Shown here piece after piece: positions 26,801-41,800 of a DNA stretch of 64,000 nt. The position numbers and the translations under genes were made by a program. Positions within the stretch are counted from its first letter, which is position 1, and each line of letters opens with the position of its first letter. Origin of the DNA: Phoronis australis (lineage: Eukaryota > Animalia > Phoronida). The notes under the pieces are model-generated. The model saw only the letters and a program-made list of their open reading frames with translations. It made no database searches and had not been told where the DNA came from. The stretch covers positions 777,390-841,389 of the forward strand of contig NMRA01000086.1 of the NCBI GenBank assembly GCA_002633005.1. Direction: 5' to 3'.

Positions 26801-29800
26801 GCCGTAGTTTGTGGTTTTTCCCTGTTGTAATTAATTCCCTGAATTGTAAACTTGTCGTTTTGGTTGTTGTTAAACTTTACCTTGTTGTGCATGCATGAGA
26901 TGTGGTTAATATGTCCTAACTGTTGTTCATCCCTTCAACAGACCCTTGTAAAATGAATGTGTGTTTTGTCTGTGCAGTATACCTGTAGTTCCATTTTGTG
27001 CTCAAGATTAGTATACAGAATGAGACACACTCACCAACAACATTCGAAATACATGCTGGCCTGGTGGCCTGGGGTCAGTGGATTGCGACCGGGCCAATAA
27101 CTTTTAAAAGTTTTTTGCCTGACTGGCCGGTAAACTTTTACTCACAGGCCCTATGTGGATGTGGTCTCATATTCTATTAATTCAAAAAAGTCTATTGACT
27201 AATTTTGTTTGCCTCTCACCTCATGAATGCCAACGAGTTTGAACCTTGTGGTAAATAAATCCGCGACTGCCCCATTCACTTTCTGTCTACTAATAGAACT
27301 CTAGCCTAGAGTTCTATGTACCGATGAAACATGTTTTGCGAAAACGTATTGGTTGAATCCAGTTCGGGGATTTTATTTCGTAATATCAGCTTATGTGGAG
27401 TTTATGTATAAATCAAAGTTACCAGCAATTACCTAGAGTTATACAGTAAAAATAGGGTTCTCAAGGATGTGCACATTTAGTGTACAGGGAAAGATTAGAT
27501 TTATGATGCTAAAATTAGGGCCAGCAAGTTGCCAGCGGGCCAGCACATTTATTTGCTGAAGTTTGAACACTGCTCACCAACTTTGGACTAGAATGCTAAA
27601 ATTGACCAAAATAGTATTGAAGTTTAGTTCCTGCTAACATATAGCAGGAACTAAACCTCAATGCTATTTGAACATGATCTACACTAAACAAAGTGCAGTG
27701 TAATCATTGAAAACTTGTAATTTCGACCTATGCTCTTATGACGTACCTCGGGGATCGCATAGTCTGATTCTTGTAGTTTTATTCCCCTACACCACGTCAC
27801 AATACCTACCGGGCATGGATGAGTTATTTACAGCGGATCATTTTCGACACAAAACTCGTTCTCAAAACCATTTGCCATTTTTCATTGTACTTCATATTTA
27901 CATCGTTCTTATATCTTGTGTTTCTAATTTTACTGAGCAATCACAGAGATAAAGAACTAGCATGCAAGTCCCACTAAAAGTGATAAAAAACAAAAAAAAA
28001 CAAATTCTGATAAACTTTTAAACTAGAACTACGGTATGCTCGAAAATTGTAAGTACCTGCCTTCAACAAAATCAGAAAAATTCACCCCTGATTCGACTAC
28101 TAAAAAAGAATTGTGTGCACCGAAATTCGACAAAAAAAGAATTGTGTGCACCGAAATTCAAATCACTTGACATGCGGTGACACTTATCAAACACGAAGTT
28201 GTCTTCCTAATGCCTACTTTAAGTTCTAAATTTAACTACAATAAGCTATAGATGAGAGCAACATGAAGCCAGAGAATATTTAGCAGCTCTTGGTGCTCAA
28301 TCATGTGTAGTATTGGCCTATTGGACTAAGTTTGGACTACCTTGAGTTTTTTGTGGTAGTGGAACGATTAAGTAATGCATAGTTAAGCTAAAACTTAACG
28401 GTCACAACATCTGTATGAGTGAAAGTAGACTGATATGAGATAAATTTGGTTTTATTGGTTTTATTGTCACTGTTTGAATACAGCTTTGTCAACTTTGTTT
28501 CTCATTTTGTGCTTGGAAGTGATAAATAGTTCATATAGTGGCTTAGAATTTTGTGCAGGGTGTTATTCTCACATAAGTGGTCTATTGAAATTACAAGCAA
28601 GGTTAGTAAGAACTGCTCTTTGTTAACCTTATTCTCATAAACCATACTACTGCCCAGTTGTATAGTGTAACTTAACACAGATTAACAAGGGGTTTATGGT
28701 CTTGGCTGAGGAGATAGTTGTTTTATTACCCCACTTGGATGGTTGAATAGTTGAGCCCAGAATTTTTATCAATCATGTGTGAGTACGGTAAATATTCTTC
28801 AATTCAGCCGCCCTCTGAAACTGGGACACTGAAATTCAAGCTGAAATGGATTATTTTGGTTCTGAACATGAGTACATTTCTCAAGTATGAGCACTGTGTT
28901 TTTGTCAACAAAATCTGAGATAGGTGTTTAAAAGAGCTGCGGGCACATTAAAATTCAGAACGGACATTCTTTTCACTTGTCTTGTAATTGTTAAATGTGG
29001 AACTGCCAACATTGCCATTTCTAAAATTTGGTGCAAGTTCCACCCTTGAGCTAGATGGTTTTTTGCTCTTCAAACTGGGGAATTTATACCTTATGTCGTG
29101 TAAACCTGATCTTCCCTTAGTACCCTGAAACCAGTGTATGTTGGAATGAGTAACCAACGTTGATTATTGAAAGACATTAGAACTGTGACAGCAGGGAATG
29201 CATTTGAAGGTAAATGCCTGCTCAGGCGTATTTGGGTGATTTATTGTTAATTGATCAAAGCAGGTGTAACCAATTCCAAGCTTCATTTAAGCTTGCCTTA
29301 ACTGTTTATATTATCAGACCATCAGATTGTTAGTAGTCTAGCACATCTGATTCTCTGTGGCTATGTTAACATTCCTATGTCCAGGTGCTTTCAAACAAAC
29401 AGTGCCAGGGAGCCTTGTGATGCTAAGAGTGGCAGATTACAACTGTTACCTGAGATTGATGAGTGACGGTTAAAAAATCTGAGTCTCTTTTACATGTGTT
29501 CGACTCGTTTTTTGTGTCTATTACTACTTACCAGGCATGAGGTTCCCATGAGCACCATTAATGTTGTATTTTGGCACTGATCATCAGATCACACTCTGAA
29601 TGTAACCAATGTTGCCATCATTCAAAATTGAAAAAGTGGGACATATATGGATCCAGGTCATACTATAAGGACAAATATCCGTTGCAACACCCGGAATCAC
29701 CCTGACGGCATTTTTTTGCGTTGCGGAGAAACAGGTATAGGTCGTGCGGACAGGCCCTTGCAAAAATATGGATTATGCGGACATTCTGATGCTGGGGCAG

Positions 29801-32800
29801 GATGTGGGTCAATAGCTTCAAAAGCATGTTGTCCCTAACAAAAGTGGGACAGTTGGCAAGCATGAGAAACTCGGACCATTTCCCGGCATCTTATACTTCG
29901 CCAATAGATTTACAAGTACAAGAGCCACTGTTCAAGAAGCCTGTCTATAGGCATGCTCATCTAAGGAACGGTGTACTTTTGGGTGGAACAGATCAATTAC
30001 CCCATTAGTGGAGTTCATGCCAGTAAAACAATGCCTAAAATTAAATGGATGTTCCAGTGAATAAAACTTGTCTGGTGATTTTCACACTGCTTTGCGTTTG
30101 AAATTAATTCCATGTGAAGAAATAGTTTAGGATCGGTTTTACCTAAATAAATTGGATGAAAATTTGAAAAAATAAATCCGTTAGATTTTCTTTGATTAAA
30201 GTTGAACTATGGTAGATAATTGGCCAGTCATGATGCCAGACAAAAGTGTGCAGGAATGCTTAGCAATTGATGAGATTGATATCTGCAGATTCAGCCTGGA
30301 GTTGAAACCAAGTGGGAGGTTTTTGGAATGTATGCAATATTATGATACTATAAACTAAACATTGTGCAGTTTGAATAGGCTAATGCATCAAAAGAGTGAA
30401 AACGTAAAAAGTAACATCTTGGTGGACAACTCATATGTACAGAAGTGAAAATGGTCATCCACTGAACTAAGAATTGCAGTTTGCTTAAAAATTTCTGACT
30501 TTCCAGAGTTAAGTAGACTGTCTATTTGGCTGGGACAATCTATCAAGATGAAATAGATAAGTGCTATCAATTCAGTTCAGTTTCCCATATTGTAACAAAT
30601 AGAAAATAGCCGATTTTCATTACAATTTTAGTTGTGCCTCAGTCTGGAATTCTATATGGGTGGCTACATGTTTATGGATGGGAAAATATCCAACGGGTTC
30701 AAGGATTGTTTAGTGAATTGCACCTAACTGTTTTCATGTGAGACGCAACTTGCTGATCTCTGTCTTTTGGTTGGTAATTTTTGTCAAGGACAAGTTGACT
30801 TCGTATGGCAAAAGCTTCTAGCAAAGTCTCGCCGATTTTCTGCAAGATAATTGCCGTGTTTTCAGTGTTCAATGTACAACATAGTTGTGAAAGACCGTAA
30901 TTTTTTTTAAAATATCTAGTGGTAACTGTGGTTCAAAACTTTAATATGGAAAACAAGAAATTCCTGGCTTCATATCTTTCAAGGAGAAAATTAAAAAAAT
31001 TGATTACTGGTTAATCCCTTATTGTGTCTTAAATTGAGATTTTATTTAACTAGTGAGCACCTACTGTCCACCCATTAGCAGCACACCTAAAAAACTGTCA
31101 ACATGGAAATTAATGAGGGGAAGGGGCACTTTGTTAATGTGTTGATTCTCTTTGCATGCCACTTTGCAGTGTAGTGGTATCATGATGGAATAAACAGGAC
31201 TTGTGCTAGAGGACAATAGGTTAGTATGGTGGACAGTGGAATGTTCTACGTTCTTGTTTGCATTGAAAGCAGTGGAAAGCTTCCCAATGCTAGTTTGCAA
31301 ATTCATGCAGCCACCATGTGTCAAGTCTGTTGTACAGTTGGACATTCTCACAGAAATCTCAAAATGTTTGCGATTGGAGGAAATTGTGTTTCTTCTCTGT
31401 CAACTTGGCCTGTCGTCCTCACCAGACTTAGAAACGGTATCAAGGGAAAAACTGATTTTATGCCATAGCAACACTTGTTGTCATAACAACACTTAAGTGT
31501 GAATGTTTCCTAAATTCAAGTGGTCAAGATGGCATAGCACAGGCTGTTCATTTGCACCCATGTCAAAAGTTGTGTATGTTTAGTTCAAGCTGAACTTAGC
31601 ATTATTTTCCAGTTGGTGAAAGCTCCCCAGAACACTGTTTGGTACAGAACTTGTAGTTGTGGTTAGAGTACACATGTTGTGTTTACCCTTCACATGTGGT
31701 CAATGTTTCAAGTCTAGTAGTTATGTTTATAGACTGCACACTGGTGAAGCACAGGCCTGCATTGTCTCAACAGTGCTGAGATAAAGGCTGATAGCTTGTA
31801 CCATATTGAATATGGCTCCAGTTGTTATTAGCAGTGATGACAATTGGCCATTATTTTATGACTGATTTTTGTGTTCTGGCAAATGTCATCTTCTGAAATT
31901 CTTCACATGTTTATGGATCAAGTCCATGTGGCTATTTCACTGGGGGGCTTTGCTATTCAAAATACATAGGGGGTGGTAATACTATAATCTTCTCAGCCAG
32001 TTAATTTTGCTGAGGAATTTGACAAAGTGAAATTTCACCTGTTCAACATATTGTACCCAAAAGTGAAGAATTGTTTACTGTACCTTGCATTTTGCCATGC
32101 CCTCTTGTGACCAGAGTGGCTCTGCAAATGTAGCCTGTTCAATAGGGTGTGCGACCTTCTAGAGTTTTTAGTTTGCCAAGATGCTTCCTCAATGCACTTG
32201 AACAATTCCATTGTACTATATGGCAATATACAAAAAATTTTGTGATTGTATTCATTTTTTTCACTATCTAGAAAATCTAAGTAAAATAACAGTCCCACTT
32301 CAAAACATTTCCTCACAAAATACTGATTCTTTGCTATGTAAAATGTTTTGATTATTCCACAAGACCTGTTTGTTAATAGGAATATTCTTGAAAACTTATA
32401 TATTATAAGGTTCGAAGCTTTTAAGCACTAATTAAAAGGAACTGTTAACTGATATTTTCAAATTTGTTAAATGGAAGTTGGAAAAGAAAATAAGGTCTCC
32501 ACCCAATTTAGTTAAAAGAGACTTGGTAGAAAATTTCCAACTTCCATTTCCTCCATATTATGATCTATGTAAAACAAGCTTTTGTTAGTTAATTAAGTTA
32601 TTACTGCATCGAATATACCACACTAACCTGATGCAATCTAGTTGTGCATATCATGGTGTACTTCTATCATGTACAATTGAGAATCATTGTTGTTGCTTCA
32701 GATAAATGGCTATTGACTTAGTCATGTTGGATGCCATCTTGGATTTCTGTTCTAAGTGAACTCAAGAGTGTTCAAGCTCACCAAAAGCTGTTCAAGATGC

Positions 32801-35800
32801 CAGCCCTTGTAGCACTTGTGCCCTTGTGCCTTGTCTGGTGTGGCCGTCACTGCATGCCCCAGTTAATCTTCAGATGTAATAATCGTGGAGTCTCAATGTT
32901 TCCACTGACATGAGAACGCCACCCTTACCAAGCAGCATGTTTTGCAGTACCACAATAGTGTTGAGTGGACAGATTTCAATAAATAATAGGATCCAATTGG
33001 ACTTCAGCTGGTGCGCATGAGTTCAGAAATCAAAGTGTTCCCAAAGTGACCGTCTGCCATCATAGGTGCATTGGAACTGCTGCTGTGCCCTAGTGTTGGC
33101 AAATTTTCCTTTGCGTCGTTCTCTGTAACTACAAAGTTCCATTGAAATCTTGATATTCGAAAAATGTTTCTTTAATAGAAAAATTTTCCACTGATATAAA
33201 CCTGTCTGATGTTGATTTTTTTAACTGCTTAGACTATGCCTCCATTATTTGGAAATTTTTATGTCTTCTGCTTGCCTCAATGTCTTCCCTGTTTGATGAA
33301 GAATCTTTATGAAATTTGTCAGATAAGATTTCCATGAGAAAAAAGCACCAACTTGCCCAGTTGTGCTTAGTTCCGCCTTGCGGTTTGTCCCCCTGTGGCA
33401 ATTTTATTGGTTTATAGTCCCAGGTTTAGTATTCACCAAAGCATCCCCTTGTGGTTTTCCCCCTAGCGGCAATTTTATTGGTTTAGCATTCACTCAAATC
33501 ATTCCCTCTAGCTGCGAAACCTCTTGAAGAATCATATTGCAAATGTGTTTGTTATAGAAAGTTTGCATGGCTGGTGTAGATTATTGGACGGATCAACTGC
33601 TGTGGTGTTCTATTTTTCTTTTTGGCAATATTCATTAATTTATCAGGATATCGTTTGCCGTTTTATGGATGCCAAGCAGTGCCCCTGGTTAACTTAAAAG
33701 TGCCATTCACACACACACCACAGACTTACCATAGAACAAGTTACTCCTGGAAGGAGTTGTCGTGGCTAGGTTTAAGTTCTGTCTGGACACTATTTATACT
33801 ACTGCATTACCCCAAATGTGACCACTTACTCCACATTATCAAGGTGGGTTATTTTGTTCTAGGAAGTAACTTGCGCTACTTGTAATCCATGTGTGGGTAC
33901 AAAAGTGGGTAGGGTGGAAGTAATTATCAGCTGCTCATTTTCTCTTGCATGTCCTGTTGGCATAAGGTTTCATTGTCAAACACAGAGCGGCAACTTCTGC
34001 CTTACCCTAGTTATCGGATATGTATGTGTGTGCGTGCGTGCGCGCTCCACTTAAAAAGTGGGGTCAATTGCACCAGTGCAAGTTGTTCTAGAGTAGGCTG
34101 TGTATGCACGGCACTATAGTTTTAATAACTACTGTTGCTCACTTTACTGTGCGTAGTCATGGCTTCAATTGAAAAGTAAATATAAGCTGTCTTTGATTTT
34201 TTAAAATTGCCAGGCATTATTAGAAAATTTAGTGAAATCAATAGATTTTATTTAGCATCGTGGCTTAGCAATGAGCATTAATTTGTAAATCAATTATGAT
34301 GAGTTTACCTCAGATTGGCGTAGTCTGGCTAAGGCTTGGGATAACAAAACCTCAAGTGTTAAATGTAGAAGTTGTGCTCATGACTGAATGTGCTGCAGAA
34401 ATCAACTGGTTAAAAATAAACTGGCCAACAATAGTGGCCTGTGTGTATGGTAAATCAAACCCACACACCCAAGTAATATTCTGGTTGAAGGCCCTGTATT
34501 GGCTTCCAACCAATCTTGCTGTTGGTGCACTCTGGTTTGACAGCAGGTACATAAGGAGGCTGTTTATAATTAGTTGTGGTGTGTTTGCTGAGATGGATTA
34601 GTTCATTAGGTGTGGGGGTGGCGAGGATACCAGAGACCTAGCTAGGAATGATGCACTATTGACATACTTGGTCTGTAAGTTTTGTGAAGGAGTGTTGAAA
34701 ACTTATTATTCGGCCTATACATCTGCCACAAAATAGATTGAATCCTAAATACGTAACCCTTTCTTCAATTTACACTTCATATTACATTTTAGCAAATTTT
34801 CAAATCTCCATAATGTCCATTTTTTGCATTGTATTGTCATTCTTCATAATCTACTAATGAACATGCGGTCCCTTTGTGAAGTCTGCCTTGTTAAACGCTC
34901 ATTAACTGGTAATAAATGCATTTGAATTTCTGCTGGCTGGTGCATCTGCCTTGTTTCCCCATCCAGCCGTCTTTCCTTGCCCGCTCTTTTCAGTGCATGC
35001 TCTCGCCTTGCCTTTCGTGATCATGTAGTTATTTTGCTGTATTGTCTTTGACAGGAATAACCGTAAGTTTATTAGTTTCATTGATTCAATTTCATCTGTT
35101 CATTTAAAGTATAACTGTAATATACTGTAGGTTAATGTTCATTTGTATTTTTTGCCAATTTAATGAGAGTTGCTCAGCGGTGGCAAATTTAGTTCCCCGT
35201 GTGTGAAATTATCGCGACAACTGTCTTGACTAGTTCAAAGAAAAACACAAAAATGGGGAACATAGTTCTCATTTCTTTTTATTTGACGACATTGTTTTCG
35301 TCTGAGCTTATTGTAAAGACAAGGACATGATTTTGTATACTGCAGATTTTGTTAATAAGTTTCGATACTCATCTGTACGTCTGAGTAAATATTTTGTATT
35401 CCAGAAAACTAGCTGGATGTTTCTTGGGGCTCCTGGTAGTTATTACTGGCAAGGTAGGTGGTACCTGAGCTGTTAAATGTGATATTAAAAGGTTTCTTAT
35501 TTTCTGTAAAATTGTTGGCAGTAGTGAGTCATTTTTATCATTTAGTCACTTGTGAGCACTGATTCTGTAATGTCATTATTACCTTGTGACATACGGAATC
35601 AATTGTTTTTATTTAATTTTGAAGTTGAAGTAGGGCAAGCTAGCACTTTTTGTTTTCTTTGAATAAAATATATTAAATTTCGTTTCACGAGTAAATATCA
35701 AGAACATTTTAGTCTATTGCAATCTTGGATCATATTGTTTAGATGTCATATAACAACATTTGCTAAAATTACTATTAATACCAGAACTTAACAACCTTTG

Positions 35801-38800
35801 AAAATTGGAAAAATGACAATTTGACACCCTGTAAAGTAAGTTGAGATTACCGTGCCAATTCAGTCAGGGCTTGGAATTTTTCTCTTTTTTAGTTTCGATT
35901 TCCTCGTATTTGATTTCCAGTTTCCTCTTCTTTCATCTCCTTTAATCATTATTCTGACTATTCATACAATAACCTTTATTTCAGTTTAATATTACTGCAC
36001 AAAAGTATTTCTATCACAAAAGCCTATTTAATTGTGGAGCGACACATCACCTGGAAAATTTTTCTCTTTCCTTGTCATTGGTCATTCCAAGCTCCGCATT
36101 GTCCTGATGAGAGATTTAATAGTTGTACTGTGTAGTAACACTGACATTTAATCACTTTACAACTCTCCAATCACCTGCCATTCATTCAAGTCACTATTTC
36201 AAGGTACCTTAACTACACGGTTAACGGACTCATAAACACGGCCCGTGAAGGCATGAACACGACTCACGGACCTGCAAACACCATCCACTGACTCACAAAC
36301 ACGGGAACGAACTCACAAAACACGATCTACGCACCCAAATACACGGGACACGGACTCGTATTTCCGAGGAAACACGGTTAACGTACCGCCAAACACGGTT
36401 TACGGACAAAATGGAGATGTCAGCTGACCTAGGAAGCCGATGAGTCTGTGACCCGTGTTTGGCGGCCCGTTAACCGTGTTTCCTCGTGAATATGAGTCCG
36501 TGTCCCGTGTATTTGGGTGCGTAGATCGTGTTTTGTGAGTTCGTTCCCGTGTTTGTGAGTCAGTGGACGGTGTTTGCAGGTCCGTGAGTCGTGTTCATGC
36601 GTCCGTGCCCGTGTTTATGAGTCCGTTGACTGTGTAGTTTAGGTACCTTGTATTAAAATACTACAAGTTTTCAAAATTGATTGGTGAACATTCTGCTTGA
36701 AACTTTGTTGGTCTGACTCTAGCCTTGTTGTTTGATCTTTACACATATATATTGCGGAAATCAAAATCATTGCACGTAAAGCTGGGCTATTGTTAGCTAA
36801 GGTTGCGAACTTGTGTTGTTTCAGGACAACTGTTTTCAAAAGACATGGATCGGCCTGACCGAGTTTTTCAGTCGACTGTAGAGGGGACTAAAGAAGATGA
36901 CAATCAGCAAATGGGTAAGAAAATTTGATCAAAGCATTCATGCCAGCTTCTGGTTTCTGCAGGTAATTGATTTGTTTTGGTGAGTGGTTCTTATTCCGGC
37001 AGAATAAATTCCTCTTAGGACTGCCTTTGCTTCTTGTAAATACATATTAGAACTGTCGGAACTAAATATTGATAATTTCAGGCTATTCAATAGCCACTGG
37101 TGAGTTGAATGGAAACAACATCCCCGACGTGGTAGGGGGCGCTCCGCGGTCACACCAGAATGGACGCGTCTTGATGTTCACACGCAATCTGGTGTCACTG
37201 GGCAACATCACTGGTCAACAGATGGGCTCCAGGTTTGGACACAGTGTAGCTGTGCTGGACGTCAATGGTGATGGGTAAGGCCAGTGTGATACGAAATGTT
37301 TCTTTGAATTCATCTAATCTCACAATGCATAGATATGTATAACACTCATGAGTTGAGAGGGAAGTTGTTTGTTGATTGTGCCAATTGTTAAGATGAAATG
37401 TGCTTCATCTGAACTTAATATGTATGTTGCTTATTGCTGGGTAGGTGATTGCATTTAAAGTTTACAATTGTCTAGGTTCTGTTGCATCTACTGGGAAACC
37501 AAACTTAAATGCTATTTACGAAGCATATGTCTTGCTTCAGTTTATAGCATGACAATTCCCCCTCCCCTTAAATCTCAGTTGCACGCACACAAAATTTCAG
37601 TTATCTGTAAACTGAAAATTCAGTTTTGTGATCTGAAATGTCATTTTGACCACTGTCCGATTTCTGCACAGACCAGGAAACTTAAGCATGTGCAACTGAA
37701 TGGGTGGGTGAAAATGTTTCCTTCGCTTTACCAACAGGAGCTGCTTTACGTGGGTCATGTTAGTGATATTTTATCAAATTTTTTATTCCAGACGAGATGA
37801 CATCATTGTGGGTGCTCCCTGCTATTCTCACTACGAGAAGAATTTGATCGATGTCGGTCGTGTATACGTTTTTTACCAAGACAGATTCGTAAGTTACTTT
37901 GTAGAATTGTGTATTGTTACAGATGTTCGTGTTTCACATGATAATCCATTGATTTGTAGTACACAGCTAACATATTTAGACAAAATAACCTGGAATTCTC
38001 TACCCTAACACTGATGAGTGCAAGCAAAATTTCCCATCGTGGTTAAGAGAGTCAGTCTGTAGTTGGAGACTTATTAATACACCCATACTCTTGACTTTTT
38101 GTCTGTATATTTTTTGCATGCATTGCATCCCATACTATCATTACTAGCCATCTGCTTGTTAGTTGTTTTCTGTTGATAATATAAAACTAAGCTTAAGAGA
38201 CCAACTGTAAGTATTATTCATGTCAGAACCAATACTATCCCTCATTTACACACCTGCAGGGTAACAGGTATGTAATCGAATTACGGTAAAAATTCCCAAA
38301 TTTAGGACAGTCTCCCAAATTTCGGACACCTAAATCCAACCCCATACTTAATTTTTTGATTCCGAAATTTCATGTTGTGAACACATCCACTAAAACAAGA
38401 AACTGTAGGAACACTGCATTTATCCACCTTCACTCTTATCAGGCTTCTATTGTGAGTCAGCATGCGTGAATAATTGGCTGATAAGCCACCTCTGGAACTA
38501 CTTTTGGCTGAATGGATGACCAGGCCATAAAATGATAATTAGCCAAGACCAGTTACTATAATGCAACAAAGAATAATGTCTTGCATCACCTAGCCTTGGT
38601 GGAAAGCTGTATACTGTATTGGCTCAAACAAACGCTTAGAAAAATTCATTTCACGGGGAGGGNGTTCATGCGTCCGTGCCCGTGTTTATGAGTCCGTTGA
38701 CGGTGTAGTTTAGGTACCTTGTATTTAAATACTACAAGTTTTCAAAATTGATTGGAGAACATTCTGCTTGAAACTTTGTTGGTCTGACTCTAGCCTTGTT

Positions 38801-41800
38801 GTTTGATCTTTACACATATATATTGCGGAAATCAAAATCATTGCACGTAAGGCTGGGCTATTGTTAGCTAAGGTTGCGAACTTGTGTTGTTTCAGGACAA
38901 CTGTTTTCAAAAGACATGGATCGGCCTGACCGAGTTTTTCAGTCGACTGTAGAGGGGACTAAAGAAGATGACAATCAGCAAATGGGTAAGAATTTTTTGA
39001 TCAAGGCATTCATGCCAGCTTCTGGTGTCTGCAGGTAATTAATTTGTTTTTGTGAGTGGTTCTTATTCCTGCAGAATAAATTCCTCTTACGACTGCCTTT
39101 GCTTCTTGTAAATACATGTTAGAACTGTCGGAACTAAATATTGATAATTTCAGGCTATTCAATAGCCACTGGTGAGTTGAATGGAAACAACATCCCCGAC
39201 GTGGTAGGGGGCGCTCCGCGGTCTCACCAGAATGGACGCGTCTTGATGTTCACACGCAATCTGGTGTCATTGGGCAACATCACTGGTCAACAGATGGGCT
39301 CCAGGTTTGGACACAGTGTAGCTGTGTTGGACGTCAATGATGATGGGTGAGGCCAGTGTAATACGAAATGTTTCTTAGTTTGAATTCATCTGATCTCACG
39401 ATGCATAGCTATGTATAACACTCAGGAGTAAGGAGAGAAGTTGTCTGTTGATTGTGCCAATTGTATAGTGCTTCATCTGAACTAATATGTATATTGCTTA
39501 TTGCAGGGTTGGTTGCATTTATAGTTTACAATTGTCTAGGTTCTGTTGCATCTACTGGGAAACCAAACTTAATGCCATTTACGAAGCATATGTCTTGGTT
39601 TACAGCATGGTAATACTCCTCCCCTTCAATCTCAGTTACACGCGCACAAAATTTCAGTGATCTGTAAACTGAAAATTCAGTTTAATATTGATCTAAAATG
39701 TCATTTTGACCACTGTCCGATTTCTGCATTTGTGAATGACTGCCACAGACCAGGAAACTTAAGCATGTACAACTGAATCGGTGGGTGAATTGTTTCCTTC
39801 GCTTTACCAACAGGAGCTGCCCTCCGTGGGTCATGTTAGTGATATTTTATCAAATTTGTTATTCCAGACGAGATGACATCATTGTGGGTGCTCCTTGCTA
39901 TTCTCACTACGAGAAGAATTTGATCGATGTCGGTCGTGTATACGTTTTTTACCAAGACAGATTTGTAAGTTTGTAGATGTATATTGTTATAGACGTTAGT
40001 GTTTCACATGATAATCCGTTGATTTATAGTACACAGTTAACATATTTAGACTATATAACCTGGTATTCTCCACACTGAGTGGAAGCAAAATTTCCCATCA
40101 TGGTTATGAGAGTCAGTCTGCAGTGGAGACTTATACCATGTTTCTCATATTGCAGATACATCAATTTTAGTAGCATTGGCCGTAAATCTCACATTTCGGA
40201 CAGTGTGCATTTCGCATGATTGGTAATTCTTTACACATCGGTTAAACCTGCCACTGGTGTAATGTATTAACTGATGTCGCAGTCTATAGTTATCGATGTC
40301 TATGGTTTTTGTATATATTGCACGTTTTTTGGCAGTCATAATCACGGACTCAAAATATTTGCCATGCGTGATTGCAGTTTGACTATGCATATTAAATATA
40401 TGTTCTTCGACTTTCGCGTAATCGCCGCGACAGTGTCACGCTTTGTTTTTGGATTAACAGCTAATTAATAATCTCTGGTGATGAGACCGATGTGCTAGCT
40501 TGTCGAATAAGGGTTCACGGCTTCGATTTTGCGGTTCACTTATGTTCCTCTCGGTGCCCCGACCTTCGCTATGCCATGCGCCGGAATTGTTCAGTGTCAA
40601 GTTAAAACAGACTTTGTGAAAAGCAAAAATCCATGTCCTATTTTGTCATGCGGTATACGTTAAAATGTTCATGTTGTAAATATAGCTTTGTGTCTCCCTA
40701 CTGACATTCTATATACTAACCTATTTTGTATTCTACCCATGCTCACCGTCTGAGTTACCGCCCATAGCACTTAAGTTTGGAGTCTAAACAATTGAAGGTG
40801 GGCGGTAAGCCAAGCAAGGGTCATTAAAATCGAAATTTTTGAAACATCAGGAGTGGGTCCTTACTGCACAGAAGACTGATTTTTACCCTCATCAAGTCAT
40901 ATAGTCACCTTGTAACTCACCTCACTGCTTATACCATTATAGTGTTTTTGGATCTTGCCAGTCATTATGTAAGTGTCGTGTGCGCAGTGAATGAAGAAAA
41001 CAATTAGCTTCTGATTCGTCATTTTCAGCACCGATTCACCTATCAAAATGCTGCCATTTTGGAGGGTACAAATGAATATTCTTATGGTCGGTTTGGATCC
41101 ACTCTAGCAGCAGCTGATGACCTGAATCAGGATGGATTTAAAGGTTTGTTACTTGAAGCAGTCAGCTACAATCATGATTTATTGTTCAGAAGCCTCTTTA
41201 CATGATCTATTTTAGACCAAGTGATGTGACTACAACGGCCTCTATGAATAAAAGATCTATTGGATAAGATCAATAGTTTTACTTAGAAAACAATCCTTGA
41301 TATAACTAAATTCATTTTCCTTCACTGTGCTGTTGTCTATAATTACCTAAGTATTCCTCTTTTTCCAGACTTTGTCGTTGGTGCTCCATATGAGGGCCCC
41401 AACCAAGAGGGTGCTATTTACGTCTTCCATGGCTCCAAGGATGGCGTTAACACTTCACACCAACAGGTAGCAGCACAAGTCATCCACTGCATGCTGGTTA
41501 CCCATTCACCATTAGTAGTTGATATGTTGATGATGCCCCTTTTATTAGTAGGCAGGAATATCCTCACAGTCTCCGTCATTGTATGCTGCGAGTTAAAGTT
41601 GGCAGTATTCCAAAACAAAAAAAACGAGACATCTGGATGAAGAAAGCGAGAGGGAACTGTCTGTTGCTGTGACACCCAGAATGCAACACTCAGAAACATA
41701 CCGATCACATTTTTGTTTTTAGTCGTGCCTGTGAAATTTTACTGTGAAATGGGGGTGTAGTGTTGATAAGCTTGAAAATATGTAGGCGGTATTAACATGA

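Larger units (their letters stand above)
38664..40135 (+). repeat. Near-identical direct duplicate of 36593-~38073 (probable second haplotype)
   Basis: Starts exactly after the N at 38663 inside the right arm of MITE D; SNPs and small indels are mostly intronic; similarity stops after ggagacttat. Confidence 0.9.

Noticed and set aside
36200-36650. Regularly recurring acacgg/acggactc motifs as a CRISPR-like array or structured ncRNA
   Set aside because: No constant repeat with unique spacers, no cas genes, eukaryotic context; explained as subrepeats of a hairpin MITE present twice
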